Assembly: GCA_022605425.2 (NCBI GenBank)
Contig: CM061246.1
Coordinates: 1,116,001-1,180,000 of the forward strand
DNA: 64,000 nucleotides
Source of the DNA: Hamiltosporidium tvaerminnensis FI-OER-3-3
Taxonomy: Eukaryota; Fungi; Microsporidia
Direction: 5' to 3'
A program made the translations under genes and the position numbers. Shown piece by piece: positions 37,885 through 50,514 of the stretch (position 1 is the first letter of the stretch; each line of letters begins with the position of its first letter). The notes under the pieces were generated by a model that did not search any database, was not told where the DNA came from, and saw only the letters and a list, made by a program, of their open reading frames with translations.

Positions 37885-38147
37885 TGTAATGTGTATAAGT
37901 CAATTCTGAATGACCCGGTTTGCCCCCGCCTGTAAACTCTTTGTACATCCAATAAGGGAAGTTTGCAAAGAGTTCAAAACCTAACTTTCCAAACTAAAAT
38001 GCCCAAACTCTTCAAACAAAATGGCAAGATTTTTCTTCACTCTATATTTTGTTCTACTCTGTAGAGAAAAAAGAAAGGGATAAAAAATGGCTTTTTAGAA
38101 TGCTCCCTCGTCGTCCTATATGAAGTTCTCGTATTATATTCCTTACA
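37885..38147. other. 263-bp TGTAA...TTACA-bounded element (solo LTR, MITE or ncRNA)
   Basis: Imperfect terminal inverted repeat (37883-37898 / 38134-38149) and an internal hairpin AAACTCTTTG/CAAAGAGTT. No TSD seen. Confidence 0.35.
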
Positions 38148-38424
38148 ATAAAAAATTTGGTGTTGAATCCAATCCTTTTTGTTGAATGAAAAAAATGATT
38201 TATACTGTCTTTTTATAAACTATCAACCGTATAATAGCCTCTAATTTTACTGATATTAGGAAATTCTCAAAGTAGTGTAATTTTATTAGTTATAATACCA
38301 TTCTTGTTTATCTTACAAGAGATTATATTACATTTATAAATAAGACCTAACTCATTAGCCAAGAATTTTACTTCCTGGGTTCTGAAACTTTTAAAAAAAT
38401 TAAAAACCGAATTTTTAAACCCTC

Positions 38425-39297
38425 ATGAACTTTTCTGAAAATTTAATAAAATCGTATAAAGAAGCAAAAGTATTTCAAGAATTATCACAATTGAATTGTA
38501 TAGATTATCTTTATGACGGAACTTCATTTGGTGTTTCAACAAACGATACTTTAAAAATTTACTGTCCCATACGCGGTATTTTGTACAATACAATTCACAT
38601 TCCACAGTTAAGAAAATTTATATTTCTTTTTAAAAATACAATTTTACATTCAACAGAAAATTATATAAAATATCTTTCGTTATATGACAATCAATATATC
38701 CGGTCTTTTAAATGTGAAAGAGTAAAATCGTTATCTTCAAATATCAATAATGATTTATTTTTATCTTCTTCTAATGACTGTGTAAATGTGTGGGATTTAC
38801 GCTGTAAAAATTCTATTTATAAATTATCTGTAAACGATTCAATAGTTTCATTTTCTTCAAACAATAAATTCTGCGTAAATGTAGGTGATTCGTTAGTCAA
38901 ACAATATGACATGAGGAATGTCACCTATGGACCAGAAAAAACAATATATTTTGATGGACATGACGAAATAACTGGTATTCAGTACTCTAATGATTCAAAA
39001 AATATAATAATAAGTAGTAATAATATACATACAGTAGTCAGTGCTGAGACAGGAAAGGTGAAGTATAATCATTGTTTTGATAAAGTCTCGTATGCTTGTG
39101 CTTCACCTGATTCAAAATATTTGTTTTGTACTTCAGGTATTCATGTGTTTGTTTATGGAATTGATGACAAAAAGAAGGTGCATACGTTTAAAGATTCAAA
39201 TTTTGAGCACGGTTTGATAAAATGCAATCCAGCGTATACACAATTTGTTACGGCTTCTACATCTGTTGTTTTTTGGATGCCACCTCAAGATGTCTGA
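38425..39297 (+). CDS. SWD2: WD40 protein, SWD2/WDR82-like (COMPASS/CPF subunit)
   Basis: IKYLSLYDNQYIRSF, FLSSSNDCVNVWDLR, YDMRN..YGP and the terminal FVTASTSVVFW match the Swd2/WDR82 pattern. CCC precedes the ATG. Confidence 0.8.
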   Translation: MNFSENLIKSYKEAKVFQELSQLNCIDYLYDGTSFGVSTNDTLKIYCPIRGILYNTIHIPQLRKFIFLFKNTILHSTENYIKYLSLYDNQYIRSFKCERVKSLSSNINNDLFLSSSNDCVNVWDLRCKNSIYKLSVNDSIVSFSSNNKFCVNVGDSLVKQYDMRNVTYGPEKTIYFDGHDEITGIQYSNDSKNIIISSNNIHTVVSAETGKVKYNHCFDKVSYACASPDSKYLFCTSGIHVFVYGIDDKKKVHTFKDSNFEHGLIKCNPAYTQFVTASTSVVFWMPPQDV

Positions 39298-39630
39298 AGA
39301 TTTTCATTATAACTTGACCTTTCACTACTAAATTTAAAGAATGTATCATTTTAGGCGTAAAAGTTAGAAAAAACTTTAAATATTTTCTGATTCAAATACT
39401 TGATTTGGTTTCTATTTAAAACCAACCTTTTTTTAATTTTCTACCAAATTTATAATTAAAATTTTTATTAAATTATTTATTTAATACTTATTTTACTATC
39501 AAATTTAATTTTAAACTGGTAGATCTGAATTTTAACAGTGAATTATATTTATTTGCTTTAAATTATTTACGGCGTTGAATTTCTGTCATCATTTTAATAT
39601 TTTTATATTTGCAATTTAAATAATATAATG

Positions 39631-40339
39631 GTGGAGGGAGAATAACCACAAGAAAACTTTCTACTTGGTAATGAATAGGGGAACTCATGTGAAAATCATC
39701 GTTTGAATTTTTGGTTGTAATAAAACCACACTGAATCTTCAGTTGTTCCATGCGAGTTTGTATGAGAAGAAGAAGGTCTATGAGATGGCGAAACGTTTTC
39801 TAAAAATAAATTTTGTAGTTTTTTATATAATAGATCAGAGATCGCAACTGAAGTTGAAGAAATACCAAGTAAAAGCATGGAAACCTAGCCTTGTATACTC
39901 GGATTAGAAGACGTGGCGCCGTGTGATATTAAAATAACACCATGGAAAGCCAGAAAAGCTCAGATGCAGGTTATACCTGTTGGTATGCCATTGCTCTATC
40001 AAGTTAAACTCGATGTACGTCGCTGAAATATATCTTTGCAGGAAGTATATTAGTTTTTTATTGTGTAGAATATGTGAGAATTCTGCAAAGACTTGAGATA
40101 GTCTAGGGTGGGCTTCGATAACAGTCAATGTAACAACCATTAACGAACACCTGGTAACTGCTTCGCCTATTAAATAGATTATAATCAACTTTTAGATAAA
40201 AAAATGGGAATTTAGGTATCGTAGAGGATACTGATGGGGGGTTAAGGCAGTTAGATGTGAAACCTAGAACTGTCTTAACGTCATAAAAACAAAAACAACC
40301 ATGCCATTGTTTTAAAAAGATATGATATTTTTAAATAAA
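39631..40339 (+). mobile_element. Diverged full-length copy of the module
   Basis: GTGGAGGGAG start; gtaaaagcatggaaacctagcc, gcaggttatacctgttggtatg and aaacctagaactg retained; TTTTAAATAAA end. Confidence 0.85.
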
Positions 40340-40574
40340 AATATTTTACGTTAATAATATAAATTCTTTTTGGATATATTATGGTAAATTTGAATATTCA
40401 GATTATTATGAATAATGATCGAAGTGAATGAGCAATTTGATAATTTTTTTATACATTTTTTCAGATACAAAAACAAGAAAATAGCAATTTAGAGTAAATA
40501 AGTGTGGAATGTAGGTAGGAATAACAAAAAAAACATATATATTTACACAAAAAAGGTAAATATAAGAAAATTTA

Positions 40575-42300
40575 TTTTTTTTATAGCGACTTTCCACTGG
40601 TTAAAATATCGTGTAGCATAGTTTTTTTTGCAATACTCGTATTTTTGATTCTCATTCAGTTTTGCAGCCACATTAACTTAAACTTAGAATTGGTATCAAT
40701 GTGATTCTTGCGCATTCTGTTAGAGAAATCTCGATCATTGAAATTTCTCTGTTACAATAACCTTTAAATTACATATTTAAAATTATTTCCTTGCTTATAC
40801 TAGATTTTAGAGTTCATATTTGTAGAATAATTTATAAAAATTATATATTTTGCATCAAGAACAAAAGCAATATTATTTCTTGTATTAGTACGACTTTTAT
40901 TGGCATCTGGGATGTAAACTTTCACTGTGTCATCTTTATTAGCAGCGGGGTATTTTTTTTAGCGATTTAAGTATTTTTTAATTTATAATGCTTGCTGAAA
41001 TCTCCCTAATTATTGATATGGCTGTTTCTTCTTTTTAAAAACCAAAATTCTCTGTAAATCATGATTAAGTTTCATTTGAACGTTTTTAAGCCCTATATAC
41101 TGAAAGATCTGATGGCTCTGAAACATTTCATTCTCTTTCTTAATTATAAGATAAGCATATATTTTATGTAACGAAGTCATATATCTAACACAACTATCAA
41201 TATAAATACCTTTACCTTGTTGTTTTTTTTTATGTTGGCATGCTTATTTCGAAGTACACAATTTTAAACAGTGTTAAATTATTTTGGGTTTATTGATATT
41301 TTAGCATACTAACTTTCAGAATTTATTATAGGCAGAACTTATATATATATTGAACTTTATAAAGCAACTTTTAACTCTTTTAAAACATGGCATGATGCCG
41401 ACTCCTGTTTCTGTGACCATGAGAAGCTAAGTTTTTTTTAATATGAATAAAATCAAACAGTCTGATCATTTTTTACTATTATTATCTTCCAGCTACCTAA
41501 AAAGCATATTTTTGGCATTTTGATTTGTATGTTCTAAGGAACCCTGACTTTTAGGGTGTTCTGGCTTTTCATGTAGCATCTTTAACTCAGGCCAAGTTCT
41601 ACATAGTTCCCTAGTAGGGTATTTAGTAAATTCCATGTCATTAAATTTTTGCAAAATAGAAGGCGAACTAAAAATGATGAAAATATTTGGATGTACTTAC
41701 ACTATCTCAACAGCGATTTTGGTTTATAAGATCGAAGCTGAATAAATTTAGGAAAATGCTGATGATATACAAGTATGAATTTATATTGATCATCTGTTTG
41801 ATATTGCATGACAAATAAATCGATTTGGTATCATGATTCATGGTTTTACTAAGTATTGGTATTAAAGCCAACTCTCTTTTAATACATCGCGTTTTATACA
41901 AGGCATGCATGAATTAAGCTTAATGCTCTCGTTTCAAATGTGATGTTTTTTACTTTGAATCTAGCTCTTTCTCCCTATGAATTCGACCGGAATTCCAAAT
42001 TTCAATATGTACATCAGGCAAAATTAGAAATATCTCTTCTTGTTGAAAAAAACCTAAGAGCTTTTAGGCTTTCTCTATGGTTTTTTTTCCAATTTCTTCT
42101 CTTTAATACTTTCCATAGTAAACCTACGTAAGCCCTGATAATTCACATGCTTTTTCTCCTACTACCTTTCTTTTTTTTAATATTTTAACCTTTTCATCAA
42201 TCTAACTATTTTTATTGTAAGAATTCGTTGCCTTGACTTTTGGATAAGCACAATGTAATAATTCCTTTTTCGAAAAGATGCTACATGTTACTTATATTGA
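40575..42300 (-). pseudogene. Second Ginger2/KRBA2-like integrase relic
   Basis: Colinear with 13425-15190. The broken translation includes KSQGSLEHTNQNAKNML, homologous to SQGSVERANQD. Confidence 0.7.
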
Positions 42301-43998
42301 TTGATATCGATTCTAGTATTAATTTTTTAAAAAATAAATAGTAGAACTTAATAAAAAAAACCGAAAACATTCTATAAATGTGAAAGCTCAATATATTATA
42401 ACCTATATTTATACCAAATGCTTAAAATTAAACTACAGTCAATTTCTTAAAGCGACTGTAAAATTTTGAGAAGTATTTACATACCGGCCAATGTAGAAAG
42501 TATCCTGGTGTTCAGTTTAATTTAAACATTTGTCAATAACTATAGTCATTATTCACAATACTCAATTATTCAAATCGAATATAACATATCATTTATTTTG
42601 AGATTATATTAGAATTTGAAAATTAAAATTCATTCTTTGGTTTGCTTTTAAGCAATACAAAGCTTAGTATGTGTGCAGTATTATCATATAATACATATAG
42701 AACCAATAAGATGCATGTCACATTGTTGATTTTTACTTTCTATTCACATCAATAATCCTTCTATTATTTAGTCAATAATTTTAAAGCTTCTGTTGGCTAT
42801 TTCATGTAAGCTTCGATTTTCTATTATAACTTATAAATTTTTTCTCAAAGATTGTTTTTTATATATTTCAAATATTCTAAAACGAATCATACAGAGGGAA
42901 TGTATCAGTAAAAGAACTAAAACATATTGCTTTCTATTCTAATAAGAACCAATTTATTTTTTATTCTACTGCAGATTTTTTTAAAAAATATTCAGACACA
43001 CAAAATGTAAAAAGAAGGCACTTGCACAAGGCTTATTATATAAACTAATATTCCATCTAATTGTTCAAAGATTTTTTTCTATTCCTACTTGTGTAGTAAA
43101 AACCAAGGAGGAATTTTTATGGAATTCTTGAAGTTTTTAGATCGATCAGTTTATTTTCGACTAAAGTTTAATACTATGGTTTTTCTAGATATTAAATATT
43201 AATAAGTGAAAATTAATGCAATAAAATAATGTTTGCTTTTATTAAAGACTAAGGTATTGGATATATATATTAAAATTTTTAGGATAAATCGTTTATTAAG
43301 GAAATATGAAGTATTATTTATTTTATAAGTGTCTCTATATGGAATAATTCGCCAAACAAAAAAATGCGTACATAAGACTCTATAGCTCTTTATTTTTTAG
43401 TTGATTGCGATTGGTTTTCTAATCCTTTAGTGCTAAATTTTTAATAAATACATATCAGACTTACTTTTAAATTGTTTACGAAAATTTCTTTTGTTTCTAG
43501 CTACATAAAGGTCTGAAATGTTTATAAAAATTATAAATTTACAATAATTAATTTTTTTTCTATTTGTCAAAAATATTTAAAGAATGTCTTTTACGATATT
43601 TTGGAATTATTCTTAAATAGATGATATTATAGTTTAAAATTAATCAAACGAGTCTCAAAATCTTAATTTGACATCATTTTTTGTTATTCCGGCTATGCTT
43701 GTAGCGATCGCTTTAAAATCTTTTAAACCTTCAATTATTTTTTTTACAAAAAAAAACTTCTTTATCACTTTAAAATGATAATAATATTTCTAATTCGGTT
43801 TTTTGTAAAATAAAACCAGTGAAATAAACACAAAATGAATGATAAAAAACTAGCCATTAAATATTTTTATATTGAAAGTATGTTCTAAAAAATGCAAACG
43901 TTTTTTTATTTTATCATAAATTAATCTCCAAAAATTTTCTCGAAAAATTATTGTATAAAATAAAAGATACAATACAAACGGTCATAAATAGAATACAA

Positions 43999-46347
43999 AT
44001 GTATAAGATTCAATGTTATTTTTTCTGCAGCATCATTTCGATTTTTTTACAGTTTTGTGAATTAGATTGTATAATGGTTAAGTTTATATTTCCTCCTAGT
44101 GAAATTGTAACTGCTAGCCTTTCATCTTTGAATGTGATACAGGAATTTAAATTCTCTATAATCGATGAGAACAGGACAAAAAAAAATGTTTTAGCATTCT
44201 CAAGCGTATCAGACGAAAATATTTTTGTTGTTCCATACAATGGAAATATACAAATTAAGTTTTATACGATAGAAGATCTGATACGAATTAATCGGCCGTT
44301 AGATGTTTACATTAATGACATAGAAAAGATGAGTTTTATTGAATCCTATATATTATTGGTCTGTGATGCAAGTGTTATTGAAAGCGTATCTTTCAATAAT
44401 TTCTGTAATATTATTCGAATTTTGGATTTTTTAAAATCCGAAATAACGTATTTGTTTTGGGAACGATTAGAATTATTGTATCAGAAATTGTTAAATACAC
44501 ATGACCATCAAATTTTGGTTGTTGAAATGTTAGAATATAAATTTAAGGAATTACATTATCTGAAAAATCCATACTTAATTATTTTATTGATATTCTTCGA
44601 TAATATATCCATATTTCCACGAATAGAAAATCATATCATTGAACTGGATTCTCAATCCTATATGAAAGAAATATACGATTTGGATTTGAGCTTGAATGAA
44701 TTTATTTTTGTAATAACAGGAAAGGCATTATATTCTATGTATAGTAGAATAAAAGAAAAAAATATTTTCAAAGTTTTTGAATGGTTAGTTAAAAATACTC
44801 GTATAATAGAAATAAGGATGGTTTATATGAATATAAAAACAGTTTCGGCTGTCTTCTATGGAATATTTAACACATTATTGGGTGCAAATTTTGATGTAAT
44901 TCATTTTTATAAATGCTTGATATTCGGTGAAATATCCGAATTAATTGATCAAAGAGTTAAGAAGTTGAGATTTATCGAAGTATTTTTTTTCGATACAGAT
45001 CTTAATGATACATTTGAAAGAAATAACATGGAGGAATTTGTTTTGCAGAATTGTTATGTAAGAAATTTTTACGACAAACAGAAGCTTAAAAATAGTATGG
45101 ATATATCTAAAATGATGCATCGAATCCACATATTTTCTATGAAAAATATCGAGATTAAAAGAATAAAAATTACTGATGCGATTATTACAAAAGAATGGTG
45201 TGTGGCGCTGTCTTTGTTTACCCATTTAAAGTGCTTTCATTTGGAACGATGCGATTTCTCAGCAATAGAACAAGATTTTCTTTCATCACTTTTCCTTCTA
45301 TGTTTTGATACATTAGAAACATTGATCCTTATGAAGAATATTAATATTGAGTTTCTATTAATAAAACTTAGGCTATTTAGTGAGATTAAAACATTGATAT
45401 TACGTGGTGTCTTTAAGAATGTTGATATTGTAGAGCTATTATATATATCCCTTTTTATGAAAAAAATAGTAACACTTAATTTGAATGGAATCTTCATAAA
45501 GAATGTAAATTCTATGTATATGTTTGATTACAATAACCTAAAATTTTTATCATTAAATTCTCTAAATTTCATATATGACTTCGAGAAATTTACTAAAGAG
45601 TTTAAAACACCTGCTATACAATCCTTTAATCTAACCAATTTTAGAGTTGAAGCATCTCGTTTAATAACCTTTGGTTTTATGAAAAATATAATATCGCTAA
45701 GATTGATCTGTTGTGGTGTCAACAATAGTTTTCTAAATATATTATCTTTGTTGAAACTAGATAATTTAGAATTACTAGATTTGTCAGAGAATGTTTTCAA
45801 TGATTCCGTGAATACAAGAATATTACAACTCCCAAAGATAACTACTTTAATTTTAAAGAAATGCAATCTAAAACGATTTAATTTTCTATTAAGATTTTTA
45901 AAATCTGTACTTGATAAGATTACAACCTTAAATACAGACTCATCATTGATCTTGGTCAATAATTTTTTAAACATTAAATACTTTTCAAATCTCAAAGAAC
46001 TTGATCTCTCGAACATGAATTTTGAAAGTCGTATATATGCATCTCTATTAAAACATATCGAAAATTCAAAACTCGAAAAAATATTCTTGAGATATGCTTA
46101 TATATCTCAATGTTTGATCAATGTACTTTCAAGATTTAGAAATTTAAAATATATTGATCTTTCTCATTGCTCTTTGACATTTTTAAGAATAAAAATTACT
46201 CCAATAATTTTCGAAAATCTTCAAAAGTTAAATTTATCTAACTCCATAATATGTTGTGAGGAATTTAAAAAACTTTTTCGAACTCATGGCAAGCTCTTTT
46301 TACAAATCGAAAATGAATCTTATGATTATTTTGATAAACCCAATTAA
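43999..46347 (+). CDS. Leucine-rich repeat protein with a putative signal peptide
   Basis: LxxLxLxxN/C repeats in the C-terminal half (LELLDLSEN, LKELDLSNM, LKYIDLSHC, LQKLNLSNS). The first ATG is at 43999 and is followed by a hydrophobic stretch. Confidence 0.85.
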   Translation: MYKIQCYFFCSIISIFLQFCELDCIMVKFIFPPSEIVTASLSSLNVIQEFKFSIIDENRTKKNVLAFSSVSDENIFVVPYNGNIQIKFYTIEDLIRINRPLDVYINDIEKMSFIESYILLVCDASVIESVSFNNFCNIIRILDFLKSEITYLFWERLELLYQKLLNTHDHQILVVEMLEYKFKELHYLKNPYLIILLIFFDNISIFPRIENHIIELDSQSYMKEIYDLDLSLNEFIFVITGKALYSMYSRIKEKNIFKVFEWLVKNTRIIEIRMVYMNIKTVSAVFYGIFNTLLGANFDVIHFYKCLIFGEISELIDQRVKKLRFIEVFFFDTDLNDTFERNNMEEFVLQNCYVRNFYDKQKLKNSMDISKMMHRIHIFSMKNIEIKRIKITDAIITKEWCVALSLFTHLKCFHLERCDFSAIEQDFLSSLFLLCFDTLETLILMKNINIEFLLIKLRLFSEIKTLILRGVFKNVDIVELLYISLFMKKIVTLNLNGIFIKNVNSMYMFDYNNLKFLSLNSLNFIYDFEKFTKEFKTPAIQSFNLTNFRVEASRLITFGFMKNIISLRLICCGVNNSFLNILSLLKLDNLELLDLSENVFNDSVNTRILQLPKITTLILKKCNLKRFNFLLRFLKSVLDKITTLNTDSSLILVNNFLNIKYFSNLKELDLSNMNFESRIYASLLKHIENSKLEKIFLRYAYISQCLINVLSRFRNLKYIDLSHCSLTFLRIKITPIIFENLQKLNLSNSIICCEEFKKLFRTHGKLFLQIENESYDYFDKPN

Positions 46348-47084
46348 GCATTCAATTTTAAATGGATATATAGTGAATTTGATGAAAGAATCATTTCTAA
46401 TGATAATATAAATGCTTAGACATATATTCTTAGATTCCCAATAAAGGTTTAAACACTGCCTAAGTTTTAACATGTATAAATTACACGATATACTGATTGT
46501 GTTTTACTTAAATCTTTCCTTTTTTGAAATATCTTAATATTATTTTTTTTGCATTGTTTTGTTCTAAATATGTATTTACAGTTTAAAACTTGATATAAAT
46601 TAAATTTTAACGAGCTTGTTCATATTTTTTAATTTTTATTAGTAGATTAAATATTGTCGGTATTTAATACTTATCTAATTAAAAACTTTTAGAAGATGAT
46701 ACTGCTAATAAAATTTGTTTTTATCTCAATAATTTTTTTTAGTATTTTATATAAGTGAAATAAGAATTCCAAAAAAGGCGTTATTTAAAATCAATTCATT
46801 TTATTGACTATATTTCTTCAACCATATTTTTATAAGCAAATTATATTTCGGATTCAATTTAAAGTCTTTTAACAAAAAAAATTAATTTTGAAACTTACCA
46901 TTTCGTTTTTTTAAACACCGAAAGAAAATCTAAAACATGATATTCCTATTGTTTATGTATAATTTCGTGTCATTCGCCCTTGAAATTTAATATATTTAGA
47001 ATGATATTTTTTATGGATAACTTACTTACCTACATATTCTGGGCTTCTTTTATCTTTCAGTTTCAAGGATGAACAAACGGATGT

Positions 47085-47498
47085 TTTCCATTTGTTTCTT
47101 TTAATCTGTTATAACTCGAAATTATAGGAGATCGGTCTATAGATCAATTGTAGTTTATATTCCACTAAAGTGGCAACAATTCCCCACCATTCCGAGAGCA
47201 GAATTGGCTTGGAGTATATTCTGCTTGTCGTAAGAGGCGACTGAAAGGGACTTATCCTCCATGTTGGGGTTGGACGTAGGGCTAACAACCCACCCTTTAA
47301 AACTACCTGTTACGAAATCCAATAAATAAACAAACCTACTGGAAAAAGACTGGCTGCGGTATTACTAAGCAAGGCCAAGGCTCGCACCGGACTGTAGTGC
47401 CAAGGCCGAATGAATGGAAGTGTCAAAAATTACTTTGACAAATTTCAGTACAATTGTTGCCAAGCAGATAGTTTTTAATGTGGTTATCCTCTTTCCAC
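47085..47498 (-). mobile_element. 5' fragment of the module variant, interrupted by the RTE-derived insertion
   Basis: Begins GTGGAAAGAGGATAACCACA at 47498. The sequences either side of the insertion align with 18060-18220. Confidence 0.7.
47181..47417 (+). mobile_element. Bipartite (internally deleted) RTE-derived non-autonomous retroelement
   Basis: RTE 5'-UTR-type motifs TGTCGTAAGAGGCGAC and GGGGTTGG...GGGCTAACAACCCACCC joined to an RTE-type 3' end GCCAAGGC...GGACTGTAGTGCC with a GAATGAATG tail. Decayed TSD aagtggcaacaat / aagtgtcaaaaat. Confidence 0.75.
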
Positions 47499-49212
47499 TT
47501 TTTATAGATAACTTATGCATAATTTTTGGAAGGGTTTTCGAACAGATAATCTTTTATATGTTTGGTATTATAATGTAAAATACTATCTAATCGTTCATAT
47601 TTGAAATCTGTGCAATGTATAAATAAATTTTCTTGATTAGGAATTTATTGTAATAATCAAAAAAAATAAATTAATATCAATGAATAAGCAAGAAAAATAG
47701 AAATAAAGTTCGATAAAAAAAATATTTGTATAAAGTTCAAAGTAAAAGTATTAAATATTTTATCTTCTTAATTCAATAACGATATTGAGCATTTGTTAAA
47801 ATTCCTTTATTATGTTAAAATATTTCCGTCGTTTAAAAAAATTGTATGAAAATGAATTTAAGAGGTATGACTATCTTTGATTTAAGGAAAAAATAATGTG
47901 TCTAAAGCATTTTCTGCTTGCTTTAAAAAATATCCTGAAATTATAAATAATAAAAAATTGGTTTTGAGGTATATTCTTTTATCTTACAAGAAAAAACAAA
48001 GATTTACGCATGTTTTTTTATCTGCAACCGCATTTACTACACTAAAAACCATTTATAAATCGATTCTATTATATAGAAAATCCATTTCAATTGGACTTCA
48101 ATTGGAGAACTTTTCATATTACTATTTTGTATTTAAGGGCTGTTTTTTTGCAAAAAAACTATAATACACAGCAAAATAAACAGTTATAAAACATATGTTA
48201 TGTGATATCATCAGATAAAAACATCAAATCTAAATATTTATGATCATTTCTGATACGATTTAAATCGATTTTTGCAATATTTTAGTCTGATTATGATACT
48301 TTCGACCTTAAGTTGATTTTTTTACAACAGGACAATTCAGTTTACAAAAAAAACACAGCAAAAGTATCATTTGATATTTTTCATGAAAAACTAAGCATAT
48401 TTGGTTTTGTAAGAGTATAAATATTTTCAGTTAATTTCAGAAACTTATCAAAATATTAGAGGATCTTGAAACAATCACTATTAGCATAGAAAGACAAGGA
48501 AACCCAAAAAATGACTTATTGTGTAATTTAATTTAACTCCGTCCATATATTTTCTAAAAAAATTCTATTATCATAAACTCACGAAATTACTTACAAAAAT
48601 CAAAATTACGATAATGAGTCAATATAGGCGTCTAAATTTCTTGAGGAGATCAAGGGAAATTATTAACCGCATAAAAATTTAATATTTAAACTCCTTCTTC
48701 AGTAATTTGTTTAGAAAACAAAATTCGTAGGAATTATTATCAGCGGAAAAGAAATTGTAAATTCTGAATTAGTTGAATTGCTAAAATTCTTTTGTTAAAT
48801 ATTTTTATACAAAGGTTAAATGAATGTATATGGATACCTGATGTAAATCCCCTGGAGTAAGAAAAATTATTGGTTTTTTTCAATCCCTAAAAAAAATTAT
48901 TTGGCTTACACTTTACTGATATTTGGAGATATTTTCAAAAAGGGGAGGAAAAAATTCTTTGAATAGAAAACAATATAGTCTGATCAAAAAATAGTAGTTT
49001 CAAATGATACTGAATAAAGTCTAAGAATCTTTAAAAAATTATAGTTTGAAAAAAAAGAACGATTCGAAACGTCAAAAATGGTAATTAATTTTAAAAAAAA
49101 AATAAATAGAATGATTTTATAATATTTTAGTATCATTTGCTGTTTCTATAAGTTTTTTTTGTTTTTAATTGGCTATTGATAATCATAAAGTTTTTCTTCA
49201 CATAACCGCCGT

Positions 49213-50514
49213 ATGTATTTGAAAAAACAAAGTATATTAACTTATTTTACATTTTTTTTACTACAAATTGTTAATATGCAGTCAGACTATTTCTATTTCT
49301 AGTTTACCGAATCCTATTGCTTTTAATAAAGATGGTATTGTGAAAAAATATGAAGCTATAAGATTTCTAGGGAAAGGCATTGAAGGCAGTGTTTTTTTGG
49401 TTAAAGATATTCAAACAAAAGAAAAATTTGCACTAAAGGTGCAACCAAAAAAAACCCACTTGACTTGTAATTACATTGCAGAGCTGTTTAAAAACTATTT
49501 AAGACATGAAAATATTGTTGAATTTTATGGATATTATAACGATTCGAATTATGAATATCTCCTATTCGAATATCTTCCAATAACATTGCACACCTATTTG
49601 TTTAGGAATAAAGAAACATTTATAAACTTTTTGTTCATAATGAAACAAATGCTAGATGTGTTAAATTTCTTACAGGCTCAAAAAATTGTGTTCCGAGATT
49701 TCAAATTTGACAATGTGATGCTAACTGAAAACTTAAAAATTAAAGCGATCGATTTTGGACAGGCCGTATTTGAGGAAAATCAAAGTCTGGTATTTTATGA
49801 TGAAGCAATAAGAAACGGACTAAACGAAGAAACTAGGTATTTGTATATTTCACCTGAAATCAGAAATGGACAAAGGTAAAATTCTATTGCTGATATTTAT
49901 AATTTTGGTTATAGTTCGCAGAAATATATAAATGGTATTCCCCTGAAACTGATAAAGTAAATAATTTCTCGAACAGTGTTTGATTCTGATCCCAAAAATC
50001 GTATTTCAGCAGATTTAGCCCTAATACATCCTATTTTTAATCCTTTATATGACTTTGTATTTTGTTTTGCTAGCACAAAAAATTTTGAAATCTCTGATAA
50101 TAACACTAAAATAAAATTGCACGATAGAGTAGTCTACTACGAGCACCCAGAATATAGTTTTGAATTACATTGTTGTAGTTCAAAAAATAAAAGAGAGTTT
50201 TCTACATTTAAGCTAAACTCAAACAAAAAACTTTTACTAAGAAAAACCGCCAATCAAGAAGAGGCCGAACAACGAGCCTATGGACTACTAGGTTTTAGAT
50301 CAATTGTGGGAAATGAGGGGATACCTATACAGCATCTAACTTTTAGTTATTTTAACGAGCTAAAAAAAATATTTTCAATATTAGATTCAAAGCATAAACA
50401 AAACACTGAATTAAGAAGATAAAAATTATTTATATATTGGGGGTTTTAGAACTATTTTTAGTATTTGGGTCATGTGTCTATTTATATACTATATATAAAA
50501 GAAAGCATAAATAA
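49213..50514 (+). pseudogene. Broken paralogue of the 36144 signal-peptide kinase
   Basis: The ATG at 49213 is out of frame with the kinase ORF, a TAA occurs at 49877-49879, and the TM remnant (IIYILGVLELFLVFGSCVYLY) is in a shifted frame. Long tracts are identical to 36144-37487. Confidence 0.85.
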
